Source of the DNA: Streptosporangiaceae bacterium
Lineage (GTDB): Bacteria; Actinomycetota; Actinomycetes; Streptosporangiales; Streptosporangiaceae
DNA: 64,000 bases
Assembly (NCBI GenBank): GCA_019245115.1
Contig: JAFARZ010000211.1
Location: 36,688 to 100,687, forward strand
Reading direction: 5' to 3'
The translations under genes were made by a program, and so were the position numbers. The notes below the pieces were generated by a model. It was not told the DNA's origin and ran no database searches. It saw nothing but the letters and a program-made list of their open reading frames with translations. Below, in pieces: positions 54,030 through 62,881 of the stretch; positions within the stretch are counted from its first letter, which is position 1; the number at the start of each line of letters is the position of its first letter.

Positions 54030-55313
54030 CTAGCTCCCGGCCTTGTGCGTGCTCCAGTACGACTGGGCGGACGTCTGGATCTGCTGGAGCACGCTCATGT
54101 AGGTGCCGGGGTGCACCATGAAGGCGGCGAAGGCATCCAGGGCGGTGGCCAGGACGGGCGCCGGCGCCGCCTCGAAGTAGCGCAGCAGCAGGTTGTATTT
54201 GCCGGCGCGCACCTCGCTGGTCACCGCGCTGAGGTCGGCGTCACCGGACAGCGTGACCTTGGGGTTGGCCGACAGGTCACCCCGGGAGGTGGACCACTGC
54301 TGCTGGGGGCCCTGCTTGAGCCACCAGCTCATGTACTCCGTGCTGGCCGCGGGATCCGGCGCGTTGGTCAGCGAGCACAGCGGGCCGCTCTCGAAGATCA
54401 GCGAGGTCTGGGCCAGCGACGGGTTGACGTTCGGGATGATGAAGAAGCCGTAGTCGGTTCCCGCCTTCAGCTTCAGCTGGGTCATGCTGGTGTTGAACCA
54501 GCTCCCGTCGGGGACCATCGCGACCTGGCCCTGCTGGAGCATGACCGACGGGTCGGTGGTGACACCGGGGTTGGACATGTAGCCGTCGTTGATGAAGGAC
54601 TGCCACAGCTTCATCACGCTGACCACACCCGGGCTGGTGTATGACGCCTTCCCGGTCGACAGGTCGTTGTACAGCGTCGGGTCGCTGCCGGCCAGCAGCT
54701 GCTCGAACCAGACGAACGTGAACAGCGTCGAGGTCTCATAGAACGGTGTCACGCCGTGGCTCTTCAGCGTCTGGGCGACGTTCAGGAACTGCGCCCAGGT
54801 GGTCGGCGGCGTCAGCCCGTACTTGCCGAAGACGTGCTTGTTGTAGAACATGCCCCAGTAGGAGACGTTCAGCGGCACGCAGTACTGCTGGCCGTTGACC
54901 GTGTAGTACGGCTCCAGGCTGGGCGACAGGTTGCCGGCGGCGATCGCCTGCTTCCACAGCGCCGAGGTGCTGGCGACCTGCCCGAGGCTGACGATCTGCT
55001 GGAGCCGGCCGCCGGTCGTCCAGGTGAACAGGTCCGGCTTGACGTCGGTGCGGAATGACGCGTCGATGAACGCCTGGTAGGTGTTCTCGTCGGTGTAGCC
55101 GACCGGCGTCATCCCGATACCGATCTGCTGCTTGGACAGCGAGCCCATCTGCTGAAAGAACGGGGTCCACGCGCCCTTGTCGTTGTACAACTTGAGCTGG
55201 GTCTTGTGCGGCGCCGATCCGGAGCCGGACGCGGACGCGCAGCCCGCGATGGCGGGAACCAGCATGACCGCGGCGGCACCCGCCGCCGCGAGCAGTCGAT
55301 GCGATCTGTTCAT
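54030..55313 (-). CDS. Carbohydrate ABC transporter substrate-binding lipoprotein
   Basis: Start MNRSHRLLAAAGAAAVMLVPAIAGCASASGSGS (lipobox IAGC) after AGGAG. Confidence 0.9.
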   Translation of the reverse strand: MNRSHRLLAAAGAAAVMLVPAIAGCASASGSGSAPHKTQLKLYNDKGAWTPFFQQMGSLSKQQIGIGMTPVGYTDENTYQAFIDASFRTDVKPDLFTWTTGGRLQQIVSLGQVASTSALWKQAIAAGNLSPSLEPYYTVNGQQYCVPLNVSYWGMFYNKHVFGKYGLTPPTTWAQFLNVAQTLKSHGVTPFYETSTLFTFVWFEQLLAGSDPTLYNDLSTGKASYTSPGVVSVMKLWQSFINDGYMSNPGVTTDPSVMLQQGQVAMVPDGSWFNTSMTQLKLKAGTDYGFFIIPNVNPSLAQTSLIFESGPLCSLTNAPDPAASTEYMSWWLKQGPQQQWSTSRGDLSANPKVTLSGDADLSAVTSEVRAGKYNLLLRYFEAAPAPVLATALDAFAAFMVHPGTYMSVLQQIQTSAQSYWSTHKAGS

Positions 55314-56100
55314 GTAAGCCGGTCTCCTCTTCCTCAGGGAATTCCGTCGCGTCGGCCGAGCCGTCGGCGGTGGCCCCGCCGACGGCCAGGGAGCCGTCGG
55401 CCGGAGCGGCCAGGCGGCGCTGGATGATCGCGCGCACGTCGCGCAGATGCGACCGCATGTGCGTTTCCGCGGCTTCGGCGTCACCGCTCGCGATCGCGTC
55501 GAGGATCTCCCGATGCTGCTCGTGGTCACGGCGCCGGTCGTCGAAGATCCGCAGGATCTCCCGCTGTTCCGCCGCGTGCACGGTGAGCAGCGAGTCCACG
55601 ACCTCATCGAGCACGATGTTGCCCGCGGCGCCCGCCGTGGCCCGGTGGAACGCCATGGTCGCTTCGTGGAGTCTTTCGTCATCACCCCTGAGGTGGCGGC
55701 CGGCTTCGGTCAGGATGCCTTCCAGCCTGGCCAGATGCTCAGGTGTGGCTAGGCTGGCCGCCAGGCCGGCCAGCGGCGGTTCGATCAGCAGCCGGGCGTC
55801 GAGAAGCTGGAGTAGCTGGCCGCCCCGCAACTCGCCGATGTTCGGATTGGGCAGCACCATGCGGCCGAGGCTTGATCCGACGTAGATGCCCGAACCATGC
55901 CGGATCTCGATCGCGCCGGTGGCCTCCAGGCCGCGTAGCGCCTCGCGCAGCGTCGGGGTGGTCACCGCGAAACGCTGCGACAGCACGCGGGTCGAAGGCA
56001 GCCGGTCCCCGGGCCGCAGCCCTTCCGTGCGAATGAGGTCGAGCATGCGTTCGGTGAGCGCGCCGGACAAGCTCGGCCGGATGACCTCGCTCTGCGCCAT
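54736..56100 (-). CDS. GntR-family (FadR/FCD) regulator whose frame has no stop until 577 nt inside the downstream gene
   Basis: Start MAQSEVIRPSL. ATGA overlap with the phyH stop. wHTH LPSTRVLSQRFAVTTPTLREALRGL, and an FCD-like domain ending about ...HLRDVRAIIQRRL (near 55410). The frame then stays open to 54736. Confidence 0.75.
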   Translation of the reverse strand: MAQSEVIRPSLSGALTERMLDLIRTEGLRPGDRLPSTRVLSQRFAVTTPTLREALRGLEATGAIEIRHGSGIYVGSSLGRMVLPNPNIGELRGGQLLQLLDARLLIEPPLAGLAASLATPEHLARLEGILTEAGRHLRGDDERLHEATMAFHRATAGAAGNIVLDEVVDSLLTVHAAEQREILRIFDDRRRDHEQHREILDAIASGDAEAAETHMRSHLRDVRAIIQRRLAAPADGSLAVGGATADGSADATEFPEEEETGLHEQIASTARGGGCRRGHAGSRHRGLRVRVRLRIGAAQDPAQVVQRQGRVDPVLSADGLAVQAADRYRDDAGRLHRREHLPGVHRRVIPHRRQAGPVHLDDRRPAPADRQPRAGRQHLGAVEAGDRRRQPVAQPGAVLHGQRPAVLRAAERLLLGHVLQQARLRQVRADAADHLGAVPERRPDAEEPRRDTVL

Positions 56101-56897
56101 CACGCCACCCACTGCTCGCAGCCCCGGAACGGGAAGTCCCGCCCCGCGACGTAACGCGGCCATGGCTGGTAGCCGTTGACTCCCGGGTCGCCGCGCAGCA
56201 GCAGCGCGCTGGGGAACGGTTGCTCCCGCGACGTGATCCGGGTTGAGGTCGGGATGTAACGGATGGTCAGGCCGCATCGCCGCCGTGGCGAGGTGTTCGG
56301 GTTGCTGCCATGCATGATGTTCGGGTGGTGGACCTCGACGTCGCCCGGCTCGAGGATGAGGTCGACCGCCTTCGATTCGTCGATCGCGACGTCGCTCTCC
56401 ACGTCGAACACCGCCTCGCCGCCGTGGCGCTCGCGGACGCCGTGGAGGTCCTCGGCGTGCGTTCCGGGGATGACGCGCAGGCAGCCGTTCTCCGGCGTGG
56501 CCCGGTCCACGGCCAGCCACAGGGTCACCACGGTCATGGGCTCGAGCGGCCAAAACGCGCCGTCCTGATGCCAGGGCACCAGCTGTCCGGAGAACGGCGG
56601 CTTGGATATGTAGTGCGAGGCGAACAGCGCGATGTCGGGCCCGACGAAGATGCTCGCGACGTCGAGCAGCCGGTCGTCGCTGACCAGACGCACCCAGAAC
56701 GGGTCCTTTGCCACCAGTTCGGTGGACAGATCCTCGCCGCGGCGGTCGGGGTACCGCTCCTGTAGCCAGCGGACGTGCGCGTCGGCTTCCCGGATCAGGT
56801 CGGGGCTGATCACCTCACGGAAGATCACGTAGCCGTCGTCCCGGTACTTCCGCAAGACCGCGTCGCGGTCGGACTGGACGGCCTTTGTGGTGCTCAT
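56100..56897 (-). CDS. Phytanoyl-CoA dioxygenase (PhyH) family Fe(II)/2-oxoglutarate oxygenase
   Basis: Start MSTTKAVQSDRD after GAGGAGG. VPWHQDGAFWPLEP and HGSNPN motifs. Confidence 0.85.
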   Translation of the reverse strand: MSTTKAVQSDRDAVLRKYRDDGYVIFREVISPDLIREADAHVRWLQERYPDRRGEDLSTELVAKDPFWVRLVSDDRLLDVASIFVGPDIALFASHYISKPPFSGQLVPWHQDGAFWPLEPMTVVTLWLAVDRATPENGCLRVIPGTHAEDLHGVRERHGGEAVFDVESDVAIDESKAVDLILEPGDVEVHHPNIMHGSNPNTSPRRRCGLTIRYIPTSTRITSREQPFPSALLLRGDPGVNGYQPWPRYVAGRDFPFRGCEQWVA

Positions 56898-56942
56898 GCG
56901 CCGGGCCTCCTCGGCCTCGTCGGAAACCAACCCTCGAAGTGG

Positions 56943-56969
56943 TCTAGACAGTAACTGATCTGATCACTT
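56943..56969. promoter_or_regulatory. Conserved 27-mer TCTAGACAGTAACTGATCTGATCACTT, candidate operator/promoter
   Basis: 24/27 identical to 58644-58670. Lies 46 nt upstream of phyH. Confidence 0.5.
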
Positions 56970-57023
56970 TGCCGCAAGATCATCTTTTTAACTGGGAACG
57001 GCTGTGGTTTCACGAACCCGCTC

Positions 57024-57977
57024 CTACCCCTCGGGCGGGAGCAGGGCGCCAGGCTGGGTTATGACCTCGGCCGCCAGGGCGTTGCCGGCTTTGGCGGCGG
57101 CGAGCGGCGGCGCGCCGGCGAGGCGCGCGGCCAGGTACGCGCCGTTGAAGGCGTCGCCGGCGGCGGTCGTGTCCACCACAGCGACGCCCGGCACGGCGGG
57201 AACCAGGGTGCCAGCGGGACCATCGGGGTGGACCACCAGGCAGCCGCCGACGCCCAGCTTCACCGCGATCTCAGCCACGCCCGCGTTCTGGAACCTGCGC
57301 ACGCAGGCATCCGCGTCCGGGTCGCCGAATACCTGCTGCTCGTCGGCCAGGGTGGGCAGCGCGATGTCGACGAACGGGAGTATGTCCGTGATCGCCGCGC
57401 GGGCCGCGGTCCTCGACGGCCATCCGCTGGCCCGGAAGTCGCCGTCGAACGCCACCAGGGCGCCGCGCTTCCCGGCCTGGCGCAGCGCGGCGGCGAACCG
57501 CGCGCGTGCGGCCGGGGCGAGGATCGACAACGTGATCGCCGAGAAGTACACCAGGTCATGGCCTGTCACCGCCTCGTCGATCCACGACGGCTGGCCCGGA
57601 CCGAACAGCTGACGGGCCGCCGACTCCGACCGGTAGTGGTAGAACGTGCGCTCACCGGCGGCGTCGCGGCGGATCAGGTACAGGCCGGGGCGGCCGCCGG
57701 GCAGCGTCGGCGCGTAACCGTCGCCGACTCCGTACCGCCGCCACACAGCGCGCATCTGGGCGCTGTAGAAATCGTCGCCGGTGAGGGTGACGAACTCGAC
57801 GTCCGCCTGGCCCGTTGCCTGCCTGGCCAGGTACGCGGCGGTGTTGAAGACGTCGCCGCCGAAGCTCTGCCGCATCGTCCCGTCGCCGAGATCGAGCAGC
57901 TCGATCATGCACTCGCCGACACACGCGACCTTCACTGCCGGCCGATCGGCCCTGGCCGGCGGCCGGCCAGGCGTCAC
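57024..57977 (-). CDS. kdgK: PfkB-family sugar kinase (2-dehydro-3-deoxygluconokinase-like)
   Basis: VACVGECMIEL...GGDVFNTAAY...DTTAAGDAFNGAYLA. GTGA overlap with eda. Confidence 0.85.
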   Translation of the reverse strand: MTPGRPPARADRPAVKVACVGECMIELLDLGDGTMRQSFGGDVFNTAAYLARQATGQADVEFVTLTGDDFYSAQMRAVWRRYGVGDGYAPTLPGGRPGLYLIRRDAAGERTFYHYRSESAARQLFGPGQPSWIDEAVTGHDLVYFSAITLSILAPAARARFAAALRQAGKRGALVAFDGDFRASGWPSRTAARAAITDILPFVDIALPTLADEQQVFGDPDADACVRRFQNAGVAEIAVKLGVGGCLVVHPDGPAGTLVPAVPGVAVVDTTAAGDAFNGAYLAARLAGAPPLAAAKAGNALAAEVITQPGALLPPEG

Positions 57978-58642
57978 CGGCGGCCGGCCAGCGCGGCGGC
58001 GAGCAGGCCAGCCGCGTCCGGGCGGCTCACCAGGCCGCCGCCGGCGCCGACCGCGTAGGCGCCGGCCGCGAGCCAGTCGCCGACCCGGTCCAGGCCGATG
58101 CCCCCGGTGGGAATCACCCGGGCACCGGGAATGACGTCGAGCACGGAACGGAGGTATCCCGGGCCGGCCGACGCGGCCGGGAACAGCTTGGCCACGCCGT
58201 GCCGCGCGCTCGCGGCGATCTCGCCGGGCGTGAACCCGCCTTCGATGAACGGGACGCCGGCCGCATCCGCGACCGACCGGACCTCGGCGGCCGGATAGGG
58301 ACTGACTAGGAACGACGCGCCGGTATCGATGGCCAGGGCGGCCGTTTCGCCGTCGGTCACGGTGCCGAGGCCGGTCACGACGTGCGGTACGGCCGCCCGG
58401 ACCGAGGCGAGCACCCGCGGCCAGTCCGGTGTGGTGGCGGTCAGCTCGATGATCTCCGGCCAGCCCGCGACCAGTTCAGCGCCGGTTTCCCGCGCCGCCG
58501 CTTCCCCCAGGGCCAGCACGGCGTGACACGCCTCGATCGCACTGTCCGGGTCCGGCCGCCGGATCACCGGGATGACCCGCGTCAAACGATGCAGCTCAAG
58601 CACATCAGTCATGATCAAAATTCTGTCATGACGCGAAGACAC
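57974..58642 (-). CDS. eda: KDPG / 4-hydroxy-2-oxoglutarate aldolase
   Basis: VIPVIR, GLGTV, KLFPA and PTGGI motifs. ATG 58612 (MTDVLELH) is a plausible alternative start. Confidence 0.85.
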   Translation of the reverse strand: MSSRHDRILIMTDVLELHRLTRVIPVIRRPDPDSAIEACHAVLALGEAAARETGAELVAGWPEIIELTATTPDWPRVLASVRAAVPHVVTGLGTVTDGETAALAIDTGASFLVSPYPAAEVRSVADAAGVPFIEGGFTPGEIAASARHGVAKLFPAASAGPGYLRSVLDVIPGARVIPTGGIGLDRVGDWLAAGAYAVGAGGGLVSRPDAAGLLAAALAGRR

Positions 58643-58643
58643 A

Positions 58644-58670
58644 TCTAGACAGCAAGTGATCTAATCACTT
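58644..58670. promoter_or_regulatory. Second copy of the 27-mer (TCTAGACAGCAAGTGATCTAATCACTT)
   Basis: Contains the perfect inverted repeat AAGTGAT-cta-ATCACTT. Lies between eda and the divergent secreted-protein gene. Confidence 0.5.
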
Positions 58671-58712
58671 AGGTTACCGGAGTTGTCACAGGTGACGACG
58701 AGGAGGGCGGCC

Positions 58713-59960
58713 ATGCTACGGATAACACGGCAGATGACCAGGATCAAGATGGGGGCGCTCGCCGCCACCCTGACCGCGACCCTAGCGCTGGTGGTCCCCT
58801 CGGCAGCTACAGCGGCCACAGCGGCTACAAGGGCCACAGCCGCTGCCGCGGTCCCGCTTGTCTGCCCCGGCACCCCGGCGCCGGCCGTGACCACCGCGAC
58901 GCCGGATGCTCCGCTTGACGACATGTTCGTCAACTACGCCGATCACGGCGCCGGAAACGATCACTGGACAGGCGCGGACGGAACGTACTCGGCGGCGCTG
59001 CCCGGCGACCGCGAGCTCTGGATCTACTCCGACACCTTCCTCGGGCACGTGAACCCGGACGGGTCACGCTCGCCGACGATCTCCGACGGGGGCACCACGC
59101 CGTTCATCAACAACTCGTTCGTCGAGGAAACCGGCCACGCCAGCATCGACCTGAAAACAATCCACGGCGGGTCAGCATCCGACCCGAAGGCACTCATGCC
59201 TCCCCCCGACTCCACCCACTGGTACTGGGCGGGCGACGCCATCGTGGCCGATGGCACGCTGCAGGCCGTTTACCAGGAGTACGACAGCTTCGGATCCGCT
59301 GCGTTCGACTTCGCGTTCGAGCGCAACGTCCTGGCCCGCTACCATCTCGGCGATCTGTCACATCCGTTCGACGTGCGGCAGCTGCCTTCGTCCGCCGGGA
59401 TCGCCTGGGGTGTATGGATCGCCCGCGACGGCGGCTACACCTACGTTTATGGCGTCGAGGATCTGGGCGCGAACAAGTACATGCACGTCGCCCGCGTCCG
59501 CGGCGATGACCTGCTCGGCGGCGCGTGGCAGTACTACACGGTCAAGGGGACCTGGTCGCCGGATGAGTCCGCGTCGGCCCGGATAGCCGAGCCCGCGGCG
59601 TCTGACGGGACGCTGCGCGTCGCCAACGAGTACAGCGTGACCCGGGTCGGCAACGTGTACGTGCTGGTCACACAGAACATCCTTCAGGCGTTCAGCCCGG
59701 AGATCGATGTCCTGTTCTCGTGCTCGCCGGCCGGGCCGTTCACCGACCGCACCGCGATCTACGACGAGCCGGAGCACAACCTGTACGCCGGCCTCGGCGA
59801 CCCGGACGTGTACGCCTACAACGCGCACGCCCACCCGGAGGTCAGCCCGCCCGGCCACCTGGTCATCTCCTACAACGTGAACAGCTTGGTCAACACCGAC
59901 CTGTATCGCGACGCGGCGATCTACCGTGCGCGCTTCATCGACCTCAGACTGGGAGAATGA
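58713..59960 (+). CDS. Secreted protein, beta-propeller-like putative glycoside hydrolase (DUF4185/DUF5005-like; tentative)
   Basis: Start MLRITRQ after GAGGAGGG. Signal peptide. [27 protein letters not shown]...HWYWAGDA... repeats. Confidence 0.7.
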   Translation: MLRITRQMTRIKMGALAATLTATLALVVPSAATAATAATRATAAAAVPLVCPGTPAPAVTTATPDAPLDDMFVNYADHGAGNDHWTGADGTYSAALPGDRELWIYSDTFLGHVNPDGSRSPTISDGGTTPFINNSFVEETGHASIDLKTIHGGSASDPKALMPPPDSTHWYWAGDAIVADGTLQAVYQEYDSFGSAAFDFAFERNVLARYHLGDLSHPFDVRQLPSSAGIAWGVWIARDGGYTYVYGVEDLGANKYMHVARVRGDDLLGGAWQYYTVKGTWSPDESASARIAEPAASDGTLRVANEYSVTRVGNVYVLVTQNILQAFSPEIDVLFSCSPAGPFTDRTAIYDEPEHNLYAGLGDPDVYAYNAHAHPEVSPPGHLVISYNVNSLVNTDLYRDAAIYRARFIDLRLGE

Positions 59961-60790
59961 CGCATCTCATGGGTGAGTTCGACGGGAAGGTCGCGCTGGT
60001 CACCGGCGGTTCGACGGGGATCGGGCTGGCTGTGACGCGGCGGCTGGCAGGCGCCGGCGCCGCCGTGGTGTTCTGCGGGATCGGAGACGAGGTCAGCGCC
60101 GCCGAGGCGCAGCTGAAGTCCGACGGCCGTACCGCTGTTACCGGCGTGGTGGCCGATGTCAGCGACGCCGCCGCGGTCGGCGATCTCGTCGAGGCGGCGG
60201 TGAGCCGGTACGGCGGGCTGGACGTGGTGGTCACCTGCGCGGGCATCCAGCGCCATGGCACGGTGCCGGAGACCTCGGAGGAGGTGTGGGACGAGGTGCT
60301 CGGCGTCAACCTCAAGGGCGTGTTCCTGGTGTGCAAGGCCGCGATACCGCACCTACGCGCCCGCGACGGCGCCCGCGACGGCGGCGCGATCGTCGCGATC
60401 TCTTCGGTGCAAGCGTTTGCGGCCCAGGATGGGGTGGCCGCGTACAGCACGAGTAAGGCCGGTGTCAACGGGCTTGTCCGCGCGATCGCCCTCGACCATG
60501 CGGCCGAAGGCATCAGGGCGAACGCCGTCTGCCCCGGCTCGGTCGACACACCCATGCTCCGCTGGGCGGCCGACCAGTTCACGGACGGCCCCGGCGGCGG
60601 GCGGAGCCAGGATGACCTGGTGGCCGAGTGGGGCCGCGCCCATCCGCTGGGTCGCGTCGCCCGTCCCGAGGAGGTCGCGGAGGTCGTGGCGTTTCTCGCC
60701 AGCCCGCGTGCGTCGTTCGTCACCGGCGCGGCTTACGTGGTCGACGGCGGGCTCCTCGCCCGACTGCATGTCCTCCTCCCCGATGAGTGA
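59957..60790 (+). CDS. SDR-family oxidoreductase
   Basis: ATGA overlap with the upstream gene. [15 protein letters not shown] and YSTSKAGV motifs. Confidence 0.9.
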   Translation: MTHLMGEFDGKVALVTGGSTGIGLAVTRRLAGAGAAVVFCGIGDEVSAAEAQLKSDGRTAVTGVVADVSDAAAVGDLVEAAVSRYGGLDVVVTCAGIQRHGTVPETSEEVWDEVLGVNLKGVFLVCKAAIPHLRARDGARDGGAIVAISSVQAFAAQDGVAAYSTSKAGVNGLVRAIALDHAAEGIRANAVCPGSVDTPMLRWAADQFTDGPGGGRSQDDLVAEWGRAHPLGRVARPEEVAEVVAFLASPRASFVTGAAYVVDGGLLARLHVLLPDE

Positions 60791-60973
60791 GCGGATCACG
60801 GGAAAGCCGATGGTGGTCGTTGGCGGCGGGGCCTGGACCGCGGCGGTGACCCCGAGCAGGATCTCGACGGTGAGATGGCGGCCTGCGCTCGCCTGATCGC
60901 CGCCCAGGCGCGGCCGGCCCCCGGCGCGCTGGCCGACACCCGCACCGACATCTGGTCACTGGTCCGGCCCTGA
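60783..60973 (+). pseudogene. Possible remnant of a downstream gene (N-terminal and C-terminal pieces in different frames)
   Basis: The ATG at 60783 overlaps the SDR stop. [17 protein letters not shown]... stops at 60896. Another frame reads ...DLDGEMAACARLIAAQARPAPGALADTRTDIWSLVRP* (stop at 60971-60973). Confidence 0.25.
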
Positions 60974-60997
60974 ACGCGACCTGGTCCTGGTCGGCCT

Positions 60998-61172
60998 AGT
61001 GAACTACGCGTACCGATACATAGCGGCACATGGCCATCCCTCAGCGGGAAGAAAAGAGCCCTCTGGAAGAAAGGGCGCCGGAAACCGGCGCCCTATGCTC
61101 CGCGAAGCTCTTTTCTTCCGCGTCTTCCACCGCAGTCGCCGTCACATAACGGTCATATCCTGGCAAAATCGG
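60998..61172 (+). repeat. Structured intergenic repeat, copy C
   Basis: Best-folding copy. Outer stem GGAAGAAAAGAGC/GCTCTTTTCTTCC (13 bp perfect), apical stem AGGGCGCCGG-aaa-CCGGCGCCCT (10 bp perfect). Core at 61046-61119. Confidence 0.75.
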
Positions 61173-61489
61173 CGCCCGCCACGACACGTCGCGAACTCGA
61201 TTTGCTTTGGACGCTCACGTGGTGCAAGGAAAGCACCGCTAAGCCATTGACAGCTACTTTTTGACGGCATTTAAGGTGGAAATATGCGGAAGCGGCGGAC
61301 GTTTCACCGCCAGTTGGCCTAATAGCTGATTGGCGCAACCAGCCCTGCTCGCGATATCACCAATAGGGGCACCAAACCTTGCGCCGAATCGGCTTATAAC
61401 TTAAAGTAGCAATGAAATTACCGCTAGCTACCCTCCGCTGGCTGGGCGCCCTCGTAGTCCCGTTACATCACTCAATGAGGGGAATTTCC

Positions 61490-62083
61490 ATGTCCCGCAA
61501 ACGCCTGTACACCATCTCAATCAGCGCCTCGATCATCACAGCAGCCGTCGCCGCCGCATCGCTACTGACCGGTCCGGCCTCCGCCGCGCCAAAACAAATA
61601 CAACAGCCACCTACCGTCGTCATCGGACCCGACTCGGGCCCTGGCGGCTGGTCCGAAGCGACATGCCCGGCCGGTACCCAGCTCGTCGGCGGCGGCTATG
61701 AAAGTAGCCCCGTCCGGGACGGCTATGGCAATCCCGTCGATGCCCTTAGGGCAAGCGCGCCTTCTCTCAACCCCAACGCCTGGCTGGCCCACATGGACAA
61801 AGGCAGCGTCAGGGCCACTGCCATGTGCGTCACGTCTTCGGCCCCGCCACCCCTGATCGTCACGGGCCCGCCCGGGACGGCCGGCTACTGGTCCATCGCG
61901 ACCTGCCCGGCCGGCACAGTACTCGCCGGCGGCGGCTTCATCGCCACCGCCATCGCCCACAACGGCCTCGGGAACCCGGTCGACACTGAAACCGGCGGCA
62001 CCGCCACCATGAGTCCCCCGAATTCCTGGGCGGACAGGTGGTTCGCGGGCACGGTCATAGCCAGGGCTATGTGTACTTCGTAG
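61490..62083 (+). CDS. Secreted protein made of two tandem Cys-containing repeats, unknown family
   Basis: Start MSRKRLYTISISASIITAAVAAASLL after GAGGGG. Both halves carry ATCPAGTxLxGGG...GNPVD...AMC. Confidence 0.7.
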   Translation: MSRKRLYTISISASIITAAVAAASLLTGPASAAPKQIQQPPTVVIGPDSGPGGWSEATCPAGTQLVGGGYESSPVRDGYGNPVDALRASAPSLNPNAWLAHMDKGSVRATAMCVTSSAPPPLIVTGPPGTAGYWSIATCPAGTVLAGGGFIATAIAHNGLGNPVDTETGGTATMSPPNSWADRWFAGTVIARAMCTS

Positions 62084-62105
62084 ACCTCGAAGGAAAAGGC
62101 CCCAT

Positions 62106-62144
62106 GGAAGATAAGGCGCCTCGGGTTCCGGCACCTTATCTTCC
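62106..62144. terminator. Hairpin-only member (copy D) of the structured repeat family, likely bidirectional terminator
   Basis: GGAAGATAAGGCGCC-tcgggttcc-GGCACCTTATCTTCC, preceded by GGAAAAGGCCCC. Sits in the 69-bp gap between convergent genes. Confidence 0.55.
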
Positions 62145-62152
62145 ACGGATCC

Positions 62153-62881
62153 CTACGCGTTCGAGAACAGCGGGATGTTGGCGCCGCTGGCGGCGGCCAG
62201 CGGACTGTCCAGTAGCGCGACGATCAGTTCAGCGACGTCGTCCGGAGTCAGGCCGGGGCGCAGCGCCGGATTGGCGCGGCGCAGCATCTCGGTGTCGACA
62301 GCGCCCGGACTCAGGCAAACAGCGCTGATGCCGTGCACCTTGCCTTCGACCGCGATCGCCTCGGTGAGGCCGATGACCCCGTACTTGGACACGTTGTACG
62401 CGGCCAGGCCCGGGACTTTCTCGGTGGCGTACACGCCAGACAGCGACGCGATGTTGACGATCCGGCCCTCACCGGCGTGCATCATGGCGGAGAACGCGGC
62501 ACGGCAGCACAGGAACGCGCCCGTCAGGTTCACGCCGAGTGTCTCACCCCACATGGCCGACGTCGTCTTGGCGAACGGTGCGGGCGTCAGCACGCCGGCC
62601 GCGCATACCAGTGCGCTCAGCCGGCCGAAGCCGGCCACGACAGCGAACAGGCGCGCCACCGCGGCCTCGTCGCTCACGTCCGTCGGCACGGGCGTGGCCT
62701 GGCCGCCAGCGTCCTTGATCCAGCCCGCCACGCGGTCGAGAGCCTGACCGTCACGGGCGGCCAGCACCACATGAGCACCGGCCGCCGCCACGGCCGCGGC
62801 GGTGGCGGCACCGATGCCGCGGCTGGCCCCGGTGACCACCATCAGGCGTCCTGCCAGCCAGTGCATCGCGTCAGCCACCAA
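62153..62881 (-). CDS. SDR-family oxidoreductase
   Basis: MVVTGASRGIGAATA and YNVSKYGV motifs. Confidence 0.9.
   Translation of the reverse strand: MVADAMHWLAGRLMVVTGASRGIGAATAAAVAAAGAHVVLAARDGQALDRVAGWIKDAGGQATPVPTDVSDEAAVARLFAVVAGFGRLSALVCAAGVLTPAPFAKTTSAMWGETLGVNLTGAFLCCRAAFSAMMHAGEGRIVNIASLSGVYATEKVPGLAAYNVSKYGVIGLTEAIAVEGKVHGISAVCLSPGAVDTEMLRRANPALRPGLTPDDVAELIVALLDSPLAAASGANIPLFSNA

Noticed and set aside
56941-56956. AGTGGTCTAGACAGTA as a DasR dre site linking the locus to chitin/GlcNAc control
   Set aside because: Only the left half matches the dre consensus as I recall it. The paralogous copy at 58641 lacks the TGG, and the chitinase promoter in this window has no dre. I kept it only as a note within the 27-mer finding.
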